DNA of 64,000 nucleotides from Mycoplasmatales bacterium (GTDB lineage Bacteria; Bacillota_I; Bacilli_A; Mycoplasmatales; JABAAY01): NCBI GenBank assembly GCA_014238225.1, contig JABABL010000002.1, positions 17,664 to 81,663 of the forward strand, read 5' to 3'. Shown piece by piece: positions 54,538 to 64,000 of this stretch (position 1 is its first letter; each line of letters starts with the position of its first letter). The notes under the pieces were generated by a model. It saw only the letters and a program-made list of their open reading frames with translations, ran no database searches and was not told where the DNA came from. The position numbers and the translations under genes were made by a program.

Positions 54538-55920
54538 TTACCCTTTGTTCTTAATATAGTCCTCAAATAAACCGTATTCTTTTATAAATTTCAGGCTTAT
54601 CGTTTTTGTAGCGCCGTTTCTATTTTTTGCAATGATTAAATCTGTAGCCACTGCTTTAGGAATTGCAGACTGTTTTTCGTCTTCCTCATCATTTTCTTCT
54701 CGATTATAATAATCATCACGATACAAAAACATAATTAAATCTGCATCCTGTTCGATAGCTCCTGATTCTCTTAAATCACTCATTAATGGTCTTTTATCTT
54801 CTCTCTTCTCCGGGCTTCGACTTAGTTGTGAAAGTGTCATGATTGGAATATTTAAGTCTCTTGCAAGAATTTTTAGTCCTCTAGATATAGAAGCAACTTC
54901 TTGTTGTCGGTTTTCGCCAGGCTTCTGGTGTACTAACATTTGTAAGTAATCAATAATAACTAATAATATTTCCTGGTTATTTTGTTCTAATATTTTTGCC
55001 TCTCTGTGCACCTTAGCTTGAATATTGGCAAGTGAAAGATCGGCAGTGTCATCAATTAAAATATTGTAGGAAGACAATCGATCAATAGAAGTGTTAATTT
55101 TTTTTCAATCATCTTCTTCAAGAAAACGTGGTGAGTTTATTTTTGAACCGTATATAAGTGTTTCAGCGGAGATAATTTTTTTTAAAATTTGTTTTTTAGG
55201 CATTTCTATGGAGAAAAAAAGGACCGCTCCTTTATTTCGGTTTTGAAAAGCGGCCCTTTGTGCCATGTTTACAGCGAGAGTTGTTTTCCCCATAGATGGT
55301 CTTGCTGCAAGAATGGATAGTTCTCCTTTTTGAAATCCGTTAGTTGTGCCGTCTAAAAAACGATAACCGCTCGTTACTCCGGTTAACTTGTCAGGATTAT
55401 TCTGTTGATTGATTAAATCTTCTCTAACTTGTTTTCCAATGATGAAAGCGGATTCAAAATCAACTTTTGATTTTGAGATGGTCGCAGATAAAATTTTTTG
55501 TTGTATTTGAGAAAAAGAATCCTCAGAGCTAACAGCGGGCTTGTTAACGATTTTAATACCCTCTTCAAGCGCATACAATATTCTTCTCTTTTGCGACCTT
55601 TCAATTATAATTTCTAAATAGTCGCTTAAAGTGCTATCACTAATTCAATAACTAACTATGTTACTAATATAATGTTCTCCACCAACTTTACTTAAATTAC
55701 CGTTCTCCTTTAAATTATTAACAAGTGTATTGGCATCAATTTGTTTACCATTCGCATACAAAAAAACAATTTCGGCAAAGAGAATATTATTTTGTCTTGA
55801 GGAAAAATCATCAGCCGAAATTTTCACAATTGCATCATCAAGACCTTTGTTATCGTTTATTAATGTTCCAATAACTGAGTTTTCAATTTCTCTTAAATTA
55901 CTAGAATTACTTATGTCCAT
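54538..55920 (-). CDS. dnaB: Replicative DNA helicase DnaB
   Basis: 460 aa, three pieces in one frame. 'GVTSGYRFLDGTTNGFQKGELSILAARPSMGKTTLAVNMA', 'VIIDYLQML', 'IMTLSQLSRSPEKREDKRPLMSDLRESGAIEQDADLIMFLYRDDYY' match DnaB. Confidence 0.94.
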
Positions 55921-56362
55921 CTTCCTTCTCTACAACGATATTGACTTTGGCGACAATATCTTTATGAATTTTTATTTCCTTAATGCTGTTTCCTATTTCC
56001 CTGATGTTTTCATTTTTCATTATTTGATTATGCTTTAATTGTAAATTATGTAAATTATTAACTTCATCAATTATTTGCTTAGGAGTTATACTGCCATATG
56101 TGTGGTTGTTTTCAAAACGAAGTTTAAATTTAATTTGTTTTTTCTCAAGTAATTTTTTTACTTCGAGACTTTTTTGGGTTTTCTGATTTTCTATTTCTCT
56201 CTGTTTGTCCTTCTTAGAATTTAATTTAATTATGTTCTCCGGTGTGTACTCAATCGCAACTTTTTTAGGCAATAAATAATTATAGGCGTAACCATTGTTT
56301 ACATCAATTATTGAATCCTTTTTTTGAGTCTTGTTGAGATCTTTTATTAAAATAACTTTCAT
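55907..56362 (-). CDS. rplI: 50S ribosomal protein L9
   Basis: 151 aa. 'MKVILIKDLNKTQKKDSIIDVNNGYAYNYLLPKKVAI' matches L9. rplI-dnaB synteny. Confidence 0.92.
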   Translation of the reverse strand: MKVILIKDLNKTQKKDSIIDVNNGYAYNYLLPKKVAIEYTPENIIKLNSKKDKQREIENQKTQKSLEVKKLLEKKQIKFKLRFENNHTYGSITPKQIIDEVNNLHNLQLKHNQIMKNENIREIGNSIKEIKIHKDIVAKVNIVVEKEDGHK

Positions 56363-56443
56363 GAATTTCCTTTATTGTATTTAATGTTACTACAAATTTT
56401 TACACATATTTATTCCAAAAGCATATTTTAGAAGTAAAAAGCA

Positions 56444-58414
56444 CTATTTATTGGGTAACTCAATATCATCAATTATAAGTAAGAGTTCGTCGAGCATATC
56501 CTCTGTTGTAGAATCTGGTTTTTCAACAGCTGCAGCAGTAAAATGTCCTCCTCCGCCTAGTTTTTGTGCTATTGTCTGAGCATTTATGTTTCCAGCGCTT
56601 CTGCAACTCATTGATGAAATATCAAGTGAATCGTAACTTATAACAAATGACAATTCAATACCTTTTAATTTTATTAACTCTTCCGCTGCCTGCGCAATAA
56701 TGCTTTTAGGTGCTTTTACATTTGGGCTCGCAACTGCAATTACAATTTTTTCTTTGTAAACTTTAAATCCTTCTATCAACTTGTTTTTAAGAACAAAATC
56801 ATCATAGTAAAACTTTAAAAAATCATCGGCTACTTTTGTGCTTGCACCAAGTTCTTGTAATTTTGCACAAGCATCAAATGTTCTACTAGTTGTTCTTACT
56901 TTGAAACTATTGGTATCAACTATTATTCCAGTCAATAACAAGTCGAAGACAAACTTGGGAAGTTTGGAAACAAGATTAGAGTAAGTTAAAATTTCTGTAA
57001 GAATTTCTGCGGTGCTAGATGCCCCCGAATTCACATACGAGTCAACTACATTCTTGAATGTGGCGCTTGTGGACCTGTGATGATCAATAACGATTGTATC
57101 TTTAACAATGTCGTTTAGTGCAGGGTTTTGAATCCTTTCAGGAAAATTAGTATCAACAACTATCATCAACGTTTTACCATTTGAAAATTTTTCTGATGCT
57201 ACATCGTTGATATATGCTTCTTTAAAAATAGAAGGCGGAACAATTTTTTTAAGACTGTCCATATTGTTTTTATCTATTTCCTTAAAATTTAGTACAATTT
57301 TTACGTTTTTATTTAGATTTTTTAAACAGAAATATAAACCCAATTGTGAAGCCAGACAGTCAAAATCGGGAAATTTATGCCCTACAAGTATAACTTTTTC
57401 TGCATCTCTCATTCTTTTTATAAGCCTTGTGCTAAATGCTCTTACATCAATTCTAGAGTTGCTCGAAGGAGACTCCGTTATACCACCCTTAAATGTTTGT
57501 TTATCCGATTCGTACTCAGTTAAAACAACCTGATTCCCACCTCTTTGTTGGCTTAATGTTAAGTTCTGACTTGCCAAGTGATGAATAGCATTCAGATTTC
57601 CATACCCATATCCAAATCCCATGCTCAAGAATAGTGGATGCTGAATTTCTCTACTAAATTTCTCAAAAGTTCTTAAAACAGGAAAGTCCATATCTGAGTT
57701 TCTTGCTAGCGCCACTCTAGTGGTAACAACAAAAAATAAACCCTGTTTTAATTCAATAGATAAAACATCGTTTTTTTTGAACCATTGATTTAAAATTTCA
57801 TAGACCTTGGTCTTGGTTATAAACACTAAGTCTGGGGCAATGGAATTTAGTGTTTTATCAAGGTTGTCGATAGAAACCATCCCAATAGCTATATTTTCGT
57901 TGTATACTTTTTCAATGTAGCTTTGAAAAACTGTGTTGTTACGCAAAAAGACTAAATTAGTATTAGGAAAAAAATCTACATTAAAGTTATGACTTCCGAT
58001 TGAAAGATTTTTGATGTTTCGTCGCGCATTTAAGTCGATATTTTTTTGAGATAAAATCTTTCGAAAGTCAATATCTATTAAACTTGTTGTAAATAGACTC
58101 GACAAATAGTTATTTGCTCAAATAATTTTGTCATCATCGTCAAGTATTAAAATGCCTATCTTTCCAAAAGATAAAATTTCTTCAAGTGAAACGTTGAATA
58201 TTTTTGTACTTAATTTTCGTTCTCTTTGATTTTTGAAAAAATGGACAAAATAAAATGAAAATGCTAAAAGAATAACTAACGACAGGAGAGCAACAGCTAA
58301 AATAGCTTCAGTTTTCCTGCTTGTAGCGTCATAGAAAAAAGGAACGGCAAAGCCAATTCCCGCACCTACTGAAATAATAAGAATGATTAAGGGTATGAAA
58401 ACTCTTTTTTTCAT
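56444..58414 (-). CDS. gdpP: Membrane-anchored DHH/DHHA1 phosphoesterase (GdpP-like cyclic-dinucleotide phosphodiesterase)
   Basis: 656 aa across TGA 58118. Two N-terminal TM helices. 'VGHKFPDFDCLAS', 'VVDTN', 'VIDHHR', 'GGGGHFTAAA' are present. Position between rpsR and rplI matches Bacillus yybT. Confidence 0.75.
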
Positions 58415-58701
58415 TAATATGTTGTTGTTTTGTTGGTGGTGGGTCTAGATAATTTACGTTCTTTTTGAACAATATATGGGAATAGACCCATGAATCTTGC
58501 TCTTTTTATAGCTTTGCTCACCATTTTTTGATACTTGGGTTTCGTACCAGTTATTTGACTTCCTAAGATCCTTCCGTTTAATGAAATAAATTTTTTCAAT
58601 AACTCGGTATCTTTGTAATCTATATATGTAATATCGTTTTTTGTAAAGTAGCAACTCTTTTGTCTAGTAATTTTTTTCTTTTTTGCTGGTTTTTTATTCA
58701 T
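58414..58701 (-). CDS. rpsR: 30S ribosomal protein S18
   Basis: 95 aa. '[60 protein letters not shown]' matches S18. Confidence 0.93.
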   Translation of the reverse strand: MNKKPAKKKKITRQKSCYFTKNDITYIDYKDTELLKKFISLNGRILGSQITGTKPKYQKMVSKAIKRARFMGLFPYIVQKERKLSRPTTNKTTTY

Positions 58702-58712
58702 TTTTTACTCCT

Positions 58713-59216
58713 TTATAAATCCCAAATAATTGCATCTTCTTCTGAAGATGTTTCTTCTGTGGGTTCCTCTCCTGGAACACCTGTATTGATTTGAGAAAAG
58801 TCAACGCTTTTCTTTCTTAACTCTTCATCTATATCGATTGTTCCGTCTGAAGAATTATTGTCACTACCTATCTCAAATGAGTTTTCTGCTGTTTGACGAG
58901 CAGCGTTTTTTCTTTCCAAAAACTTAACGGTGTTGGCATTTATATCGGTTGAATATCTGTTTTGACCATCGGAAGTTGTGTACTTGCTGACTCTTATAGA
59001 ACCCTCAACAAGAATCATAGATCCTTTATCCATATAATTGACAAGATTAGATGCAGTTTTTTTGAAACAGACACAATTAATAAAATCAGTTTCGTCATTT
59101 CGAGAAAAATCTCTATTTATTGCGATTGAAAATCTACACATTTCTGTTCCTGTGCTTGTTGGAGTCAACTCAGGTTTTTTTGTTAAACGCCCAACTAAAA
59201 CTACTTTATTAAACAT
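58713..59216 (-). CDS. ssb: Single-stranded DNA-binding protein
   Basis: 167 aa. 'MFNKVVLVGRLTKKPEL...FINCVCFKKTASNLVNYMDKGSMILVEGSIR' is an OB fold, followed by an acidic tail. Confidence 0.92.
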   Translation of the reverse strand: MFNKVVLVGRLTKKPELTPTSTGTEMCRFSIAINRDFSRNDETDFINCVCFKKTASNLVNYMDKGSMILVEGSIRVSKYTTSDGQNRYSTDINANTVKFLERKNAARQTAENSFEIGSDNNSSDGTIDIDEELRKKSVDFSQINTGVPGEEPTEETSSEEDAIIWDL

Positions 59217-59613
59217 CTATTTCTTTCCTTTTTGCAACGTATGGTCTTTGTGGTCTTTCTCCGCTATTCATTCTTTCTCTGGCAATGGCTCTTCTTTTAC
59301 TTTTCATTTGTTTTCATTTGCTGATTTTTCGAACTTTTTCATTATCTAAATTTATTAATAAGTATCTTAAAACATTGTTATTAAATTTTACATATTCTAA
59401 AAAGTCGCCAATTTGCTTGTGACTTGTGGACATAGTAACAACCACGTAGATGCCCTGTTTCTGTTTTTGAATGGGATAGGCGAGAGTTCTTAAACCTCAT
59501 CCTTCACTTTCTTTAACAGAACCAAAAAAATTAGCAATTTTCGCCTTTTCTTTTTGAACATCTGCTTCGCTTAGGCTTGCAGAAATTATATACATTAGTT
59601 CATATTTAGTCAT
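59209..59613 (-). CDS. rpsF: 30S ribosomal protein S6 with basic C-terminal tail
   Basis: 134 aa: MTKYELMYIISASLSEADVQKEKAKIANFF...W(TGA)GLRTLAYPIQKQKQGIYVVV.... It overlaps the ssb ATG by 8 nt. Confidence 0.88.
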
Positions 59614-59706
59614 ATTCCTCTTTTCGGTCTTTGGTTATATCTGATAACAAAGAGTTTTTTATTTATCATACATTATTTATATGATAAAAATAATTAATTC
59701 CTAATT

Positions 59707-61065
59707 TTAATCGGATATTTCAATAAAAGTATTTGAATTTTGAAAACTGAATTCTCCGGTGGTAAAAATAAAATTGAATGTTGTTCCATTAGCGGTTGCT
59801 GACTGTCTGAAATCTACAGTTACATCTCCCCCTTCTGCTGAAGCGGTTCCGTTAATTAATATACCTCTAACATCGTAATCTGTGCTGTTTGTAACTGTAA
59901 CATCGCTGACTGAAAAATCAGAGTTTTCTACGCGTGATATTGAAATAGTTCTAATCTCGGCTGTTTGATCATTATTTAACAATGTTCTTAATTGCGCATT
60001 TATGGAGGTGATTATGCTTTCAATAAGAGGTGATGAAGGGCCCGAGGCAGGATCGTAATCATTAATAGCTATAGTTTCATTTAGTATGTCGGTTTCGGGT
60101 GCAGAAATATTACTGATTGCCAGTGATGAGATAAAGGGAATGGAAGATGTAGAAATATTTATTGTAGGAGGAGCTAATTCATTATCATCGTAAAAGGGTG
60201 TTAAAACTTGAAACACATCAGTATTGTTACTAATTGGGAAAGACGCCATTCCGCTAAATCCCCTTAGTTCAACATCGATGGATGACTCAGAATTAAGACT
60301 ATTATCTAAAGAAACTTCGTCAAACTGAAGTCCAGAAACCGATGTGGTCATAGTGCTTGAAGAAGAGAAAACCGTGGTAATTTCATTAATGTCAATATTC
60401 AGTTGAGAAATTATTTCTGTTGCCAGAACACCATATTCATTAGCAGAGTTGTAACCTCTTAGAGAATTAACCTGAGCACTTATATAACCAGTGTAAGAAG
60501 AACTCATCATATTAGTATCAGAAAGAGAAGTTGTATTGAAACTTGTGTTGTTATTCTCAACAGAGAAAGACAACTGAACAACGTAAGAGTTTTCATTACC
60601 TACATTTGTTACTACGGGACTTAGTAATTGAGGCACTGGCACAGAACCGTCCATTGGATTTGGAGCGATGTATCTTGCCAATAAATTAACGTTTACGGAG
60701 TATAGGTTTAAAGATTGGTTAATTTCAACTTGATCAGCAGAAATTTCAGGAATTTCAATACTAGTAACAGCTAAATTACCACTGTTGCCACCGTTTGCCA
60801 AAACATTTAATTGTCCTCATATTTGCCCTGCTACCGTGTTATCCAAATCTTGAGGGATATTTGTAGAAGGTGTACCTGGATCACTCGGGGGTATGAAAAG
60901 AGGTTGGTTTGACAGTGAGTTAATTTGATTAGCAATTCCTTGTGCGGTAGGATTAACAACATTTCCACCACACTGTTGAGCAATAACTGCGAGAGAAATT
61001 CCTCCGCCAATAGCGCTTGCCATTAGTGCTGATTTTATTTTGTTCTTTTTGTTTATTTTTTTCAT
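59707..61065 (-). CDS. S/T/N-rich lipoprotein (452 aa), AQQC-lipobox family
   Basis: The two ORF-track pieces join across TGA 60817-60819. 'MKKINKKNKIKSALMASAIGGGISLAVIAQQCGGNV' is a signal peptide plus Cys. The mature part is low complexity (N/S/T/I). Confidence 0.72.
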
Positions 61066-61132
61066 AATATCTCTTTTATTTTATAATATTTTTCGAATAT
61101 GTGTTGATTTCACTGTTTTTACTTTGAGAAAA

Positions 61133-62134
61133 TTAAACAAAATTAATTTTTTTCTTTTTAGCTATCATTTTAAATTTTAAATCGAGGTTTGTAGGACAGA
61201 TTTCAGCAATATTAACTTTTTGAAGTAGTAGCATTATTAATTCGTCAATATTAATTTCCCTCATACTCCCCTTGACAAGTTTGTCTTCTTTCAGCATATC
61301 ATAATATAAATTTTGTTTATTTTCAATATTTATAGAGAGCTTTTTGGCCTGCTCTGAAAAGTCCCGAGCGCTTACCGCTTCACCAATTTGGAAAAGAGTT
61401 AAAGTATTCTTGATTTTAGGATAATAAGAAAAATACTTACCTTGTTCCTTCCAATATCATTCATCAAAAATTAGTGACTCTACAGGTCTTTTTTTCTCAT
61501 AAAAAGGTCATACCCCTCTTAAAAGAATATTTCTTTTCTCTTGTGTTATTCTCTTAATTCTTTCAAAATACAGTAGATGACCATATGATTTGGCCAACAC
61601 GTCGTCTTCAACGGTAAAGAATTTGCGCATAGGTTTGGTAATACTGCTGTACTCTTCAACCACATTGTTTATTCCCTTCTCTATAACATTGATAACAGCA
61701 TTGGCTTCGAAATCCAACCCTGACTCCCCAGAAATGCTTTTACCAACCGTAAAAGTGTTAATTTTAGTTTTTATATTGTTACCGGTAGGGTCCCTTTCAG
61801 AGTCCCTAACACAAAATATATTGCTTGTCACAAGAGTGGTTCCTTTTGCAATTTTGTTTATGGTTGCATAATAACGCAACCATTTATTAACCCCTTGTAA
61901 AACTTCACTAATTTCCGAATCGTACAATGTGTCAAAATTTATAGCACGAAATCCCGTCTTTCAATATGAGTTGAGTCCCGTGCTGCTATTCACATATAAA
62001 GGTACATGTATATAATGAAAGTTTTTGTCACTAAGCAGTGTTTTTTCAATGGAGCGAATTATTTTGCTTTTAAGCAGCTGGATGTCTTCAATGGTTGTGT
62101 CTGTTATATATTCGGCAGGCAATTTATTTTTCAT
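61133..62134 (-). CDS. Aspartate-ammonia ligase (AsnA)-like protein with divergent motif 3 (333 aa)
   Basis: I checked the frame codon by codon: ATG at 62134, TAA at 61133. It is colinear by eye with E. coli AsnA (330 aa): 'EVLQGVNKWLR' vs 'EVVHSLAKWKR', 'VRDSERD' vs 'LRPDEDR', 'IGEAVSARD' vs 'SSMGIRVDA'. The 'GGGIGQSRL' position reads 'MREINIDEL'. Confidence 0.5.
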
Positions 62135-63632
62135 TCTTTTTTCTTGCGTGGGGAAACAAAATAATTTCTCTAATACTTCTTGTGTTTGTTAACAACATTA
62201 TCAATCTATCGACACCGATACCGATTCCAAAAGCAGGGGGAAGACCATACTCCAAGGCATTAATGTAATCGTGATCCATGTCTACAGCTTCTGAATTTCC
62301 TTTGTTTTTTTCGACTATTTGTTCTTCAAATTTTTCATATTGGACGAAGGAACTGTTTTGCTCGCTAAAACCGTTAACATATTCTCTTCCGCCCAAAAAT
62401 AATTCAAATCGATCAGTGCAATCTGGATTGTCTTTATTCTGAAGAGACAACGTACTCACTGCAGAGGGCAATTGTGTCACAAAAGTTGGATTAACAATAG
62501 TGTGCTCTACTTTTTTTTCAAAAAATTCATTTTGAATGTGTCCGATAGTGTTTTGATAATTCTGCAGCTCTACATTGTGTTTTTTAGCCAAGGCTACTGC
62601 TTGTTCGAATGTCTTTACTTTTTCAAAGTTAACACCAGTGATTTGTTCGATTAGTTCGGACTGTTTTATTTTTTTTCATGGTGTTGTTGCATTTATTTCT
62701 AAATCTTGATATTTGAAAATTGTATTTTTGTGAAATTCTTTAATAAGTTTCATAAATAAATTTTCCACTAAATTCATCGCGTCATTATAATCTCCATATG
62801 CACAATACGCCTCTATACTAGTAAATTCGGGGTTGTGTTTGATAGAGATACCTTCATTTCTGAATAAACGGCCTATTTCAAAAACTTTATCGAATCCTCC
62901 TATTAGTAATCTCTTTAAATAAAGCTCTGGTGCAATTCTAAGATATAAGGACATTTTCAAAACGTTATGTTCAGTAATAAAAGGTTTAGCCGTGGCTCCT
63001 CCAGCAATTGGTTGTAATATCGGTGTCTCCACTTCTAAATAACCATCGTCAATAAAGTAATTTCTTGCAGTTTGTATCACTTTGCTTCGAGCAATGAATA
63101 ATTCCTTAACACCTGGGTTTACAATTAAGTCCAAGTATCTTTTACGTTGTTTCTCTTCAACATCAACTAAACCATGGTATTTATCAGGCAACGGTGAAAT
63201 ACATTTTACAAGATGGCGGAACTTAACTGCCTTAATGGAAAGCTCACCAGTGTTAGTTTTTATTATGCTGCCCTGAACTCAGATAATGTCTCCTAGATCG
63301 GAGTCACTAAAAACTGTAAAGTCTTCCTCACCGACAGTGTCTCTTCTTACATAAATTTGAATCTGTCCTTGTTGATCTTGGATATTTAAAAACCCTGCTT
63401 TCCCTTTTGCTCTCTTAGTCATAATTCTGCCAGCCAAGGATTTTGTCGTTATGTTTAGTTCAGTTAACTCTTCTTTTGAATAACGATCAAACATTGTTTT
63501 TAGTTTTTCTGAATTTTCGGTTCTCTTGACAGCATGTCCGTAGGGATCTATGTTTCTCTCGCCTAAATTTTTTAATTTATTTATTCTATTTGTTTCTTGT
63601 TCATTGAACTTTCGATAATTTTTTAATTTCAT
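62124..63632 (-). CDS. lysS: Lysine--tRNA ligase (class II)
   Basis: 502 aa, three pieces in one frame. OB domain 'LAGRIMTKRAKGKAGFLNIQDQQGQIQIYV'. 'FRNEGISIKHNPEFT', 'FELFLGGREYVNGFSE', 'GIGIGVDRLIMLL' are present. Confidence 0.94.
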
Positions 63633-63640
63633 ATTTATGC

Positions 63641-64000
63641 CTAACTACTCACAATACTCACTAATGTTGTTTGTGGGTCTAGAGTATCCTTTTCAAAGTT
63701 AATTGTTATTGTTGCAGTTCCAGTATACGACGTACTTCCATCACTGCTTGTAATATTCATATCTGGAATAGTAACAGTTGTCGTTGTTAAATTAGATATT
63801 GACAAATCAGCTATATCTATTGGAGTTGAAAATGTTATCGTGGTAGCAATAGTTGAATCAGAAAAAATATTAGTTCCATTAAAAGAGGCAAATCCATCTG
63901 TTGAGCCTCCATTAATGAAACTTAAAATATTTGCGGCTGTGCTGTTTAAAAGACTTCCCGAGGATGAATCGTAATTCATAAGATTATTAATACCAGAAAT
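63641..64000 (-). CDS. S/T/N-rich surface protein, C-terminal part (N-terminus outside window)
   Basis: The ORF is open to the window edge: '...GTNIFSDSTIATTITFSTPIDIADLSISNLTTTTVTIPDMNITSSDGSTSYTGTATITINFEKDTLDPQTTLVSIVSS'. Its composition matches the two AQQC lipoproteins. Confidence 0.6.
   Translation of the reverse strand: MSGINNLMNYDSSSGSLLNSTAANILSFINGGSTDGFASFNGTNIFSDSTIATTITFSTPIDIADLSISNLTTTTVTIPDMNITSSDGSTSYTGTATITINFEKDTLDPQTTLVSIVSS

Overview
AT-rich, very compact bacterial chromosome segment that is only coherent under genetic code 4 (TGA = Trp). Nearly every minus-strand fragment in the ORF track joins its neighbour across an in-frame TGA at a conserved Trp position, which points to a Mollicutes (Mycoplasma-like) genome. 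I count about 70 genes, almost all on the minus strand, and many are joined by 1-nt TAATG stop/start overlaps. Content: the S10-spc ribosomal operon (rpsJ..rplO); the str operon (rpsL-rpsG-fusA-tuf) followed by msrB and a PepF-like gene; rpoB-rpoC; rplKA and rplJL; nusG-secE-rpmG-sigH-like-rlmB-cysS in Bacillus-like synteny; oppABCDF; folC flanked by two ECF S-component-like genes; ung; dnaB-rplI-gdpP-rpsR-ssb-rpsF; an AsnA-like gene; and lysS. I saw no rRNA, tRNA, CRISPR array, transposase or integrase. Most interesting observations: (1) a plus-strand operon of three tandem paralogues (16768-20524). Each has a signal-peptide-like N-terminus, a Trp-rich motif and a roughly 40-residue Gly/Ala-rich hydrophobic hairpin, and I recognise no family, so it is a candidate multi-component secreted or membrane-inserting system. 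(2) A eukaryote-type class Ia ribonucleotide reductase (R2+R1, with the C-terminal CxxCGS tail) sits between rplL and rpoB and is fully recoded with TGA-Trp. (3) rplW (L23) is absent from the L4/L2 junction; it sits elsewhere on the opposite strand and carries a repeat-containing Lys-rich tail. (4) Three intact homologues have degenerate catalytic motifs: PepF-like without HExxH, OppF-like without Walker A/B or LSGGQ, and AsnA-like with a divergent motif 3. (5) Several ribosomal proteins and SecE carry long low-complexity extensions. (6) There is a family of S/T/N-rich lipoproteins with an unusual AQQC lipobox. All functional calls come from reading translated motifs by eye; no database search was possible.
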